The notes below the pieces were generated by a model. That model saw only the letters and a list, made by a program, of their open reading frames with translations, did not search any database and had not been told where the DNA came from. A DNA stretch of 64,000 nucleotides from the human T2T-CHM13v2.0 reference genome, Homo sapiens. The stretch lies in assembly GCF_009914755.1 (NCBI RefSeq), contig NC_060947.1; one strand, given 5' to 3'. Of the stretch, positions 49,875 through 64,000 are shown one piece after another. A program made the position numbers and the translations under genes. Within the stretch, counting starts at the first letter, position 1. Each line of letters opens with the position of its first letter.

Positions 49875-50672
49875 TCATGGCAGACAGGAGGCAGGACTAG
49901 ATTGCGGCTCCAACTCAGATGGACAAAGCAGTGTGTGGAGGCTCACATCATGAATTTTAGCTCCAGAATGAGTGCAAGAACAAACCAGAAATCCCAAGAT
50001 GACCCACAGATCACAGACCCTCTGAAGGAAGCAGGTTGCTCCTGCAGGACCTGGGAGACACTCTAAATACCATGAGTGCCCAAACTGCTGAAGTGGGAAA
50101 GGGAGATCTTCTGTTCCCAAACACACACCCTCACTGGGGAAACTGAAGGCGTAGTTTGCAGAAGTTTCCGACCTTACCTGGAGCTGAGTCAACTTAGAGA
50201 GGTGAGCAAAATACAGGGGTGGAGGAAGCAGTAGGAAAGGCCCTGGGAGCTCACTGGGTCCCCAAGCAGGCCATTCCTGCCTGGCACCACAGGGATCCTT
50301 CTGGAGGGCAGCCAGAGACATGGGGAAAACACCACAGGGAGAAAGAAGTCTCCAGCTGAACTTTGTAACAGTTTGACCTGTGCAAGAAGCCTCTTGGCCA
50401 GAACTCAGGGGAGAGTGTGAATCTGGCATGCAGACTGCACAGGCAGGGGAAGAATCAAAGCCCTTTTCTTTCACAGCTGGGAGGCAGGCAGCCTGGGGCA
50501 AGTTCTCAAGCCCTGCTTGCCCACTGTCTGGAAGCAGACTGGGTGCTGTTAATGGGGGGCATTGTGGGAGTGAGATCAGCCCTTTGAATTGCATGGGAGC
50601 TGGGTGAGACCTGTGACTGTTGGCTTTACCCCACTTCCCTGATAACCTGCATGATTCAGCAGAGGCAGCCAT
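49875..50672 (-). other. 265-codon antisense ORF within the L1PB1 5'UTR (ORF0-like position; translation unproven)
   Basis: Longest ORF in the track; ATG in context ggaggAttATGG; internal phase-0 donor CAG|GTAAGG at 50178/50177. Confidence 0.3.
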
Positions 50673-51292
50673 AATCCTCCCAGGTACACAACTCCATAGA
50701 CCTGAAAAACCTTACCCCCATCCCCCATAGCAGCCACAACAAGACCTGCCCAAAGAGAGTCTGAACTCAGACACAACTAGCCCTGACCCCACTGTGTGGT
50801 CTTTTTCTACCCACTCTGGTAGCTGAAGACCAAGGGTATATACTCTTGGGAGTTCTAGGGCCCCACCCACTGCCAGTTCCTCTCCATACTACCACAGGTG
50901 ATGCTCTCTGGAAAGCACCACCTCCTGGCAGAAGGCCAACCAGCACAAAAATAGAACATTAAACCACCAAAGCTAAGAACCTTCATGGAGTCCATTTCAC
51001 TCCCCTGTCACCTCCACCAGAACAGGTGCTGGTATCCATGGCTAAGAGATCCATAGATGGTTCACATGACAGTACTCTGAGCAGACAACCCCCAGTACCA
51101 GCCCGGAGCCTGGTAGACTTGCTGGGTGGATAGGCCCATAAGAGAAATAACCATCACTGCAGCTTGGCTCTCAGGAAGCCACATCCATAGGAAAAGGGGG
51201 AGAGTACTACATCAAAAGAACACCCCGTGGGACAAAAGAATCTGAACAACAGCCTTCAGCCCTAGACCTTTCCTCTAAAAGGGCCTACCCAA

Positions 51293-52290
51293 ATGAGAAG
51301 GAACATTGGGTTTCAGTCTCATTGACTGAAACCAGAAAAAATAACTCTGGTAATAAACAAGGCTCTTTAACACCACCCAAAAAACACACTAACTCACCAG
51401 CAATGGATCCAAACCAGGAAGAAAATCCTGATTTGCCTGAAAAAGAATTCAGGAGTTTAGTTATTGAGCTAATCAGGGAGGCACCAGAGAAAGGCAAAGC
51501 CCAATGCAAGGAAATCCAAAAAAAGATACAAGAAGTGAAGAGAGAAATATTCAAGGAAATATATATCATAAAGAAAAAACAATCAAAACTTCAGGAAACA
51601 CTGGACACACATATAGAAATGCAAAATGCTCTGGAAAGTCTCAGCAATAGAATTGAACAAGTAGAAGAAAGAAATTCAGAGCTCAAAGACAAGGTCTACA
51701 AATTAACCCAATCCAACAAAGACAAAGGAAAAATAATTTAAAAACATGAACAAAGCCTCCAAGAAGTCTGGAATTATGTTAAACGACCAAACCTAAGAAT
51801 AATCAGTGTTCCTGAGGAAGAAGAGAAATCTAAAAATTTGGAAATATATTTGAAGGAATAATCAAGGAAAACTTCCCTGGCCTTGCTAGAAACTTAGACA
51901 TCCAAATACAAGAAACACAAAGAACACCTGGGAAATTCATCCCAAAAAGATCATCACCTAAGTACACTGTCATCAAGTTATCTAAAGTTAAGACAAAGGA
52001 AAGAATCTTAAGAGCTGTGAGACAAAAGCAGCAAGTAACCTATAAAGGAAAACCTACCAGATTAGCAGCAGATTTCTCACAAAACCACACAAGCTAGAAG
52101 GGATTGGGGACCTATCTTTAGCCTCCTCAAACAAAACAATTATCAGCCAATAATTTTGAATCCAGAGAAAATAAGCATTATATATTAAGGAAAGACACAG
52201 TCTTTTTCAGACAAACAAATGCTGAGAGAATTCTCCACTACCAAGCCGCCACTCCAAGAACTGCTAAAAGGAGCTTTAAATCTTGAAACA
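51293..52290 (+). pseudogene. L1 ORF1p remnant (disrupted)
   Basis: ATGAGAAGGAAC start broken by a 28-bp insertion; coiled-coil fragment 51322-51741; RPNLRII motif at ~51784; stops and frameshifts. Confidence 0.85.
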
Positions 52291-52422
52291 AGTCTTGGAA
52301 ACACATCAAAACAGAACCTCTTTAAAGCATCCATCACACAGGACCTATAAAACAAAAATACAAGTTACAGAGCAAAAAACAAACAAACAAAAAAGTACCA
52401 AGCCACAAAGGCAACAAATAGC

Positions 52423-55400
52423 ATGATGAATGGAATGGTACTTCACATCTCAATACTAACATTGAATATAAATGGTCTAAATGCTCCACTTAAAAGATAT
52501 AGAACTGCAGAATGGATAAAAACTCACCAACCATCTGCTACCTCCAGTAGACTCACCTAACACATAAGGACTCACATAACCTTAAAGTAAAAGGGTTGAA
52601 AAAGGCATTTCATGCAAACGGACACCAATAGCGAGCAGGGATAGCCATTCTTATATCAAACAAAACAAACTTTAACAGCAGTTAAAAGAGACAAATAGGG
52701 ACATTATATAATGGTAAAAGGCCTTGTCCAACAGGAAAATATCACAATCCTAAACATATATGCACCTAACACTGGAGCTCCCAAATTTATAAAGCAATTA
52801 CTAATAGACCTAACAAATGAGATAGACGGCAACACAATAATAGTGGGGGACTTCAATATTCCACTGACAGCACTAGACAGGTCCTCACGACAGAAAGTCA
52901 ACATAGAAAAAATGGATCTAAACTAAACCTTGAAACCAATGGACTTAACAGATACATATAGAACATTTCATTCAACAACCACCACAGAATATACATTCTA
53001 TTCCACAGCGCATGGAACTTTCTCCAAGATAGACCATAAAATAGGCCACAAAATGAGCCTCAATAAAATTAAGAAAACTGAAATTATATCAAGCACTCTC
53101 TTAAACAACAGTGGAATAAGACTGGGAATCAACTCCAAAAGGAACCTTCAAAACCATGCCACTACATAGAAATTAAATAACCTGCTCCTGAATGAGCATT
53201 GGGTCAAAAACAAAATCAATATGGAAATTAAAAAATTCTTTAAACTGAAAGACAATAATGACACAACCTATCAAAACCTCTAGGATACAACAGAGGCGGT
53301 GCTAACAGGAAAGTTCATAACCCCAAATGCCTATCAAAAATTCTGAAAGAGCACAAACTGACATTCTAAGGTCACACCTCAAGGAAATAGAGAAACAAGA
53401 ACAAACCAAACCCAAACTCAGCAAAAGAAAGGAAATAACCGAGATCAGGGAAGAACTAAATGAAATTGAAACAACAACAAAAAATACAAAAGATAAATGA
53501 AAAAAAAGCTGATTCTTTGAAAAGATAAATAAAATTGATAGACCATTAGCAAGATTAACCAAGAAAAGAGGAAAGAAAATCCAAATAACCTCATTAAGAA
53601 ACAAAATGGGAGATATTACAACCGACACCACTGAAATACACAAGATCATTTAAGGCAGCTATGAACACCTTTATGCACATAAACTAGAAAACCTAGAAGA
53701 GATGGATAAATTCCTGGAAAAATACAACTTTCCTAGCTTAAATCAGGAATAATTATATTCCCTGAACAGACCAGTAACAAGCAGCAAGATTGAGATGGTA
53801 ATTAAAAAATTACCACCAAAAGAAGTCTAGGACAAGACAGATTCACAACAGAATTTTACCACACATTCAAAGAAGAATTAGTACCAATCATTTTCACATT
53901 ATTCCCCAAGATAAGATGGAGAAAGAGGAAACCCTTCCTAATTCATTTTATAAAGAGAGCATAACCCTAATACCAAAACAAGAAAAGGACATAACCAAAA
54001 AGAAAACAACAGACCATATCCCTGGTGAACATAGATGCTAAAATCTTTAACAAAGTGCTAGCTAACCGAGTCCAACAACATACCAAAAAGATAATCCACC
54101 ATGATCAAGTGGGTTTCATGCCAGGGATGCAGGGATGTTTTAACATATGCAAGTCAATAAATGTGATACACCACATAATCAGAATTAAAAATAAAAATCA
54201 CATGATCATCTCAATAGATACAGAAAAAGCATTCAACAAAATCCAGGATTCTTTTATGATTAAAACTCTCAGCAAAATTGGCACACAAGGAACATGCCTC
54301 AATGTAATAAAAGCCATCTATGACAAACCCACAGCCAACATAATACTGAATGGGGAAAAGTTGAAAGCATTCCCTCTGAGAACTGGAACAAGACAAAGAT
54401 GCCCAGTCTCACCACTCCTCTTCAACATAGTATTGGAAGTCCTATTCAGAGCAATCAGACAAGAGAAAGAAATAAAGGGCATCCAAATTGGTAAAGAGGA
54501 AGTCAAACTGTCACTGTTTGCAGACAATATGATTGTTTACTTAGAAAACCCTATCAACTTCTCCAGAAAGCTCCTTGAACTGATAAAATAATTCAGCAAA
54601 GTTTCTGGATACAAGATTAATGTACACAAATCAGTAGCTCTTCTATACACCAACAGCAACCAAGCTGAGAATCAAATAAAGAACTCAACCACTTTTATGA
54701 TAGCTGCAAAAAAAAATACTTAGGAATATACCTAAATAAGGAGGTGAAAGACCTCTACAAGGAAAACTACAAAACACTGCTGAAAGAAATCATAGACAAC
54801 ACAAACAAATGGAAACACATACCATGCTCATGGCTGGGTAGAATAAATATTGTGAAAACGACCATACTGTTAAAAGCAATCTACAAATTCAATGCAATCC
54901 CTATCAAAGTACACCATCATTCTTCACAGAATTAGAAAAAATAATTCTAAAATTTATATGGAACCATAAAAAAGCCAACATAGCCAAAGCAAGAATAAGC
55001 AAAAAGTACAAATCTGGAGGCATCACACTACCTGATTATAAACTATACTATAAGGCCATAGTCACCAAAACAGCATGGTACTGGTGTAAAAATAGGCACA
55101 TAGACCAGTGAAACAGAATACAGAACCCAGAAATAAACCCAAATACAGCCAACCAATCTTTGACAAAGCAAACAAAAACATAAAGTGGGGAAAGGACACC
55201 CTTTTTAACAAATGGTGCTGAGATAATTGGTTAGCCATGTGTAGGAGAATGAAATTGGATCCTTATCTCTCACCTTATACAAAAATCAACTCAAGATGGA
55301 TTAAGGACTTAAACCTAAGACCTGAAACTGTAAAAATTCTAGAAGGTAACATTGGAAAAACCCTTCTAGACATTGGTTTAGGCAAGGATTTCAAGAACGA

Positions 55401-56247
55401 GAAACCAAAAGCAAATGCAATAAAAACGAAGATAAATAGCTGGGACTTAATTAAACTAGAAGTTCATGGCAATAGGAACAGACATCAGAGTAAACAGACA
55501 ACCCACAGAGTGGGAGAAAATCTTCACAATCTATACATCTGACAAAGGACTAATATCCAGAATCTACAACAAACTCAAACAGATCAGTAAGAAAAAAACA
55601 AACAATCCTATCAAAACCTGGGCTAAGGGCAGGTATAAACAATTCTCAAAAGAAGATATACAAATGGCCAACAAACATATGAAAAAATGCACAACATCAC
55701 TAATGATCAGGGGAATGCAAATCAAAACCACAATGCTATACCACCTTACTCCTGCAAGAATGGACATAATCCAAAGACAAGAAACAGTAAATATTGGCAT
55801 GGATGCGGTGATCAGGGAACATTTCTACACTGCTGGTGGGAATGTAAACTAGTACAGCCACTATGGAAAACAGTGTGGAGATTCCTTAAAGAACTGAAAA
55901 TAGATCTACGATTTGATCCAGCAATCCCACTACCGGGTATCTACCCAGAAGAAAAGATGCCATTATACGAAAAAGATACTTGCACATGCATGTTTATAGC
56001 AGGACAATTCACAATTGCAAAATCGTGGAATCAACCCAAATTCCCATCAATCAACAAGTGGATAAAGAAACAAGTGGATAAAGAAAGTAGTATTTCATAT
56101 ACAATGAAATACTACTCAGCCATAAAAAGGAATGCATTAATGGCATTCACGGCGACCTGGATGAGATTGGAGACTATTATTCTAAGTGAAGTAACTCAGG
56201 AATGGAAAACCAAACATTGTATGTGCTCACTGATATGTGGGAGCTAA
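52423..56247 (+). pseudogene. L1 ORF2p remnant (endonuclease / reverse transcriptase / Cys-rich), disrupted
   Basis: EN motifs LNIYAPN and VGDFNIPL; RT fragment 54025-54591 with catalytic FADD changed to FADN (GAC AAT); HCWWEC motif; multiple stops. Confidence 0.92.
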
Positions 56248-56487
56248 GCTATGAGGATGCAAAGGCATAAGAATGATACAATGGACTTTGGAAACTTGGG
56301 AGGAAGAGTGTGAGGGGGGTGAGGGATAAAAGACTACAAATATGGTGTAGTGTATACTGCTCGGGTGATGGGTGAACCAAAATCTCACAAATCACCACTA
56401 AAGAATTTACTCATGTAAACAAACACCACCTGTACCCCAATAACTTATGGAAAAATAAAATAAAATGCCTGGAGAAAAAAGGAATTA

Positions 56488-57125
<638 letters not shown>

Positions 57126-57317
57126 AATATTTGTCTTTTCCACCACAGTATGATTGGCCCAAAGTCTTTGCAACTAGATTGACAGATGGAAGCAGGGAGA
57201 CAAGAAAGCAATGAAGTACAATGAATCCAGTGAGAATACCTGGAAAATAATTATGGGTGTAGCCATCAGCACATGAAACTGACTGGAATCAAACACATGA
57301 AAAGCCTATTACGTTTT

Positions 57318-57782
57318 CAAAAATTTCATTTGATTTGTAATTGTACATACTTATGGGGTATAATGTGATATTTCAATGCATATATACATTGTGTAATGAT
57401 CAAACTAGGGTAATTAGCATACTCATCACCTCAAATATTTATTGTTTCTTTGTGGTTAAAACATTTACAATTTCTTCTTTTTTCTATTTTGAAATAGGCA
57501 ATATATTGTTAACTACAGTCATTCTACTATACAAGAACATTCTGTCATTTGTGGCAATACAGAAGACCCAGGAGGACATTGTGTTAAGGGAAATAAGACT
57601 GGCACATAAGGATAAATACTGCAGTATTTCACTCATATCTAATATCTGAAGATGTTAATCTCATATAATTAGAGTGTAAAATAGTGTTTACCACATGCTG
57701 GGAAGGGTGGGATGGTAATGGAGTTGAGGGAGTGTGCAGAGATTGCTCAATAAGTATAAAAACTTACATAGAAGGAAAAAGG
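57318..57782 (-). mobile_element. Short L1MA (about MA4-8) 3' end with 5' inversion (57318-57538 minus, 57539-57782 plus)
   Basis: Terminal 3'UTR on the minus strand abuts the immediately upstream L1 segment on the plus strand; degenerate TSD-like ctattacgtttt (57306) / ctatgaagcttt (57783). Confidence 0.7.
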
Positions 57783-57881
57783 CTATGAAGCTTTTAAGAA
57801 AGTTTAGTGCTCAAAAAATCACGAGGAATTGCTTGTGACTGCAGAATAATCTAGCATATCCTGACTGACAAACAGGCTCAA

Positions 57882-60800
57882 TTTTTTTAATTTTTAATTT
57901 TTATTGGTAAATAGTAGGTTCATATATTTATGGGGCACATGAGATATTTTCAAAGAGGCATGCAATGAGAAATAATCACATCATGGAGAATGGGGTATTC
58001 ATCCACCTAAGCATTTATTATTTGTGTTGGAAACAATCCAATTATACTCTTTTAGTTATTTTTAAACGTACAATTAAATTAAATTGACTATAGTCACTTT
58101 GTTGTGCTATTAAATACTAAGTCTTATGCATTAATTCTAACGAATTTTATTTTACAAATTAACCATCTCCACAACCCTTTCAACCCTCCCACCTCAATAC
58201 CCTTTCCAGCCTCTGGTAATCAGCATTCTATTCTCTCCATGAGTTCAATTGTTTTCATTTTTGAACCTCACAAATAAGTGAGAACATGCAATATTTTCCT
58301 TTCTGTGCCTGGCTTATTTCATTTAACATAATGATCTCCAGTTCCATACATGTTGTTACAAAGGATAGTATCTCATGCTTTTTATGGCTTTTTTATTACT
58401 CCATTGTGTATAAATATCATATTTTCTTTATCCTTTAATCTGTTGGACACTAAGGTTGCCTTCAAATCTTGGCTATTTTGCACAATGCTGCGACAAACAT
58501 AGGAATGTAGATATCCCTTCAACATACCAATTTCCTTTCTTGTGAGTGAATACCCAGAAGTGGGGATTGCTGGATCACATGGTAGCTCTATTTTTTGTTT
58601 TCTGAGGAACCTCCAAACTGTTCTCCATAGTGGTTACACTAATTTACATTCACATAAACAATGTACGAGGGTTCCCTTTGCTCCACATCCTCACCAGCAT
58701 TTGTTGTTGCCTGTCTTTGGGATATAAGCCATTTTAATTGGGGTGAGGTTATATTCCATTTTAGTTTTTAGTTGTATTTCTCTGATGATCAGTGATGTTG
58801 AACACCTTTTCATATGCCTGTTTGCCATTTGTATGCCTTCTTTTGAGAAATATCTATTCAGATCTTTTGCCTATTTAATTTGATTATTAGATTTTTTTTC
58901 TAATAGAGTTGTTTGAATGCCTTATATATTCTGGTTATTAGTGTCTTGTGAGATGGGTAGGTGGCAAACATTTGCTCCCATTCGGTGGGTTGTCTCTTCA
59001 CTTTGCTGATCGTATCCTTTGCTGTGCACAAGCTTTTAACTTAATATGATCACACTTTTTGCTTTGGTTGCCTGTGCTTTGTGTATTCCTCAAGAAATAT
59101 TTTCCCTGACCGATGTCCTGGAGTGTTTCTCCAATGTTTTCTTATCGTAGTTTTATAGTTTATGATTTTAAATTTAAGTCTATAATCCATTTTGACTTGA
59201 TTTTTTATATGATGAGAGATAGGGCTCTAGTTTCATTCTTCTGCTTATGGATATCCTGTTTTCACAGCACCATTTGTGCCTGTCTTTTCCCCAGTGTATA
59301 TTCTTGGTACATTGTCAAAAATAAGTTTCCTATAAGTGTGTGGATTTGTTTCTGGGTCCTCTATTCTGTTCCATTAGTCTATGTGTCTGTTTTTATGCCA
59401 GTATCAGGCTGTTTTGGTTACTATAGCTCTTCAATATAATTTGAAGGCAGGAAATGTGATTCTTCCAGCTTGTTTTTTTTTTTTTTTTTCTTGTTACTCA
59501 TAATAGCTTCGGTAGCTTCGGCTATTCTGGGTCTTTTTAGGTTTTATATAAATTTTAAGGTAGTTTTTTTTTCTATTTCTGTGTAGAATGCCATCGGCAT
59601 TTTCATAGGGGTTATGTTGAATCTGTAGATTGGTCTGGGTAGTGTAGACATTTTAACAATACGGATTCTTCCAATGAACGAACATGGACTATCTTTCCAT
59701 CTTTTGGTGTCCTCTTAAATTTCTTTCATCAGTGTTTTATAGTTTCCATTGTAGAGATTTTTGAATTCTTTGGTTAATTCCTGGTTATTTAATTTTATTT
59801 GTGGCTATTGTAAATGAGATTAGATTTTGATCTGCATCTCAGAGTGCTCATTGTTGGCATACAGAAATGCTACTGACTTTCATATGTTGGTGTTGTATCC
59901 TGCAACTGTACTAAATTTATTTATCAGTTATAAGGATCTATTGATGGAGTCTTTTGTATTTTCCAAATATAACATCATATGTTACGTATACATAATACAT
60001 AACATCAGATGTTATGTATTTCCAAATATACATCATATGCTACAAGGATAATTTGACTTCCTCCTTTCCAGGCTGAATGCCTTTTTCCCCCTCCCGTCTA
60101 ATTGCTCTAAATCAGACGTCCAGTACTATGTTGAACAATAGTGGTGAAACTGGGCATCCTTGTCATGTTCCAGATCTTAAAGAAAAGACTTAACAGTTTT
60201 TCCCTGTTCAGTATGATACTAGTGGTGTGTATGTCATCTACAGCTTTTATTATGTTAATGTATGTTCCTTCTATATCTAGTTTTTTGAGGGTTTTTATCA
60301 TAAAGGGATGTCGAAATTCATCAAATGCTTTTTTAGCATCAATTAAAATTATAATGTAATTTTTGTCCCTCATTCTGTAGATACAACTTATCACATTGAA
60401 CAATTTGCAAATGTTAATCAACACTTGCACCCCTGAGATGAATCCCATTTGGTCACAATGGATGAATTTTTTAATGCATTGTTGAATTTTGCTTGCTAGT
60501 ATTTGATTGAGGATTTTTGTGTCAATATTTATCAGAAATATTGGCCTGTAGTTTTCTTTTTTTGATGTGTCTTTGGTTTTGCTTTCAGAGAATACTGGCC
60601 TGGAATGAGTTTGGAAGTACTCTCTCCTCTTCTATTGTTTGTAATAGTTTGAGTAGGATTAGTATTAGCTCCTCTCTAAATGTTTTGTATAATTCAGTGG
60701 TGAAACCATTGGGTCCTGGGGTTTTCTTGGCTGGGAGACAATTTATTATAGCTTTGATCTTGATACTTGGTTATTTTTTGTTCAGGTTGTGGATTTCCTC

Positions 60801-61059
60801 ATGGTTTAATCTTGGTAGTTTCTATATGCCTAGGAGTTTATCCGTTTTGCTATATATTTCAATTTGTTGGTATTTAGTTGCTCGCAGTAGTCATTAAGAA
60901 TACTTTGAATTTTCATGATATCAGTTGTAATATTTTCTTTTCATCTCTGATTTATTCATTTGAGTCTTTTCTCTTTTTTTCTTCATTAGTCTTTCTAAAG
61001 GTTTGCCAATTTGGTTTATCTTTTCAAAACCCCAACTTTTTATTTTGTTGATCTTTTAT
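57882..61059 (-). mobile_element. 5'-truncated L1MA (about MA1-3); a short remainder continues at 63481-63515 after the nested L1PA
   Basis: 3' end tttttaatttttattggtaaatagtagg...; ORF2 RT fragment 60107-60448 ([19 protein letters not shown]). Confidence 0.9.
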
Positions 61060-63484
<2,425 letters not shown>

Positions 63485-63704
63485 TGATCTTTTATATTAT
63501 TTTCATTTCTTTATTTTTTCCAGGCTATGCTTTATTTATCATGATCTTTTCCCTTCTCCCTCCACCCACTGACTGCATATAGTAGGAACTCCAGTGTTGG
63601 CTGACTAATAAGCTAAGGCTTTAAAATGACTAGAAACACTAGTTAACATGAGTATAAATTACAATCTTAGGATCATTTGACTCCAAATAGTCCTAATTTT
63701 CAAT

Positions 63705-64000
63705 TTTTCATTTAGCAAACATTTATCAGGCTCTATTGTAGGACCTCTATAGAGCAGAGAAGAAAAGAGGCAAATCCCTGTCTCCTGGAGCTTATGCTTC
63801 TAGTGAGGCAGGGTGGGATGGTGAGCTTCCAACAGTAGGTAATTGTGTGAAGTGAGCTCAGTTAATGCTATCAAGAGAAAGGAAAGATGGTCAAAAAATT
63901 GGGGGGTGGCAGGTGCTGTTTAGACAGAGCCATAAAGGAGGCCTCTGAGTGCAGGCGGGAAGAAGTGGGGCAAGCACATGCTCCCCTTCTGGGGGAGAGC
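63705..64000 (-). mobile_element. L2 3' region
   Basis: ttcatttagcaaacatttatcaggctctattgtaggac...ccctgtctcctggagcttatgcttctagtgagg. Confidence 0.75.

Larger units (their letters stand above)
49872..56461 (+). mobile_element. Full-length L1PB1-like LINE-1 (~6.6 kb), inactive
   Basis: 5'UTR start catggcagacaggaggcaggactagattgc; ORF1 and ORF2 remnants; L1PB1-type end tgtaccccaataacttatggaaaaataaaa; TSD aaaatgtctggaga (49858-49871) / aaaatgcctggaga (56462-56475). Confidence 0.95.

Overview
AT-rich, CpG-poor primate genomic DNA (hominoid-like, from an L1PA2/3-type insertion plus AluJ/S), non-coding as far as I can tell and dominated by transposon fossils. I recognise no protein-coding gene, RNA gene or CpG island. 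The recognisable ORFs in the track are decayed LINE-1 ORF1/ORF2 fragments or their antisense shadows. Main elements: a full-length L1PB1-like element with target-site duplication (TSD) at 49.9-56.5 kb; an internally deleted L1PA10-13-like element at 8.8-12.9 kb; three 5'-inverted (twin-primed) L1s of different ages at 37.9-40.7, 57.3-57.8 and 61.1-63.5 kb; older L1M/L1MA, L2 and MIR copies; three Alus; ERV1 and MaLR LTRs; MER20, MER30, MER5 and Tigger3a. The most interesting signal is an uninterrupted 265-codon antisense ORF in the L1PB1 5'UTR. It has a strong Kozak ATG, shared with a second L1PB copy in the window, and an in-phase splice donor pointing at candidate minus-strand exons in unique DNA. 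This is an ORF0-like, antisense-promoter hypothesis only. Three fold-back templated insertions inside L1s and an old 75-bp local duplication are also visible. Subfamily names come from recalled consensus sequences, not from a search, and boundaries of old repeats are approximate.
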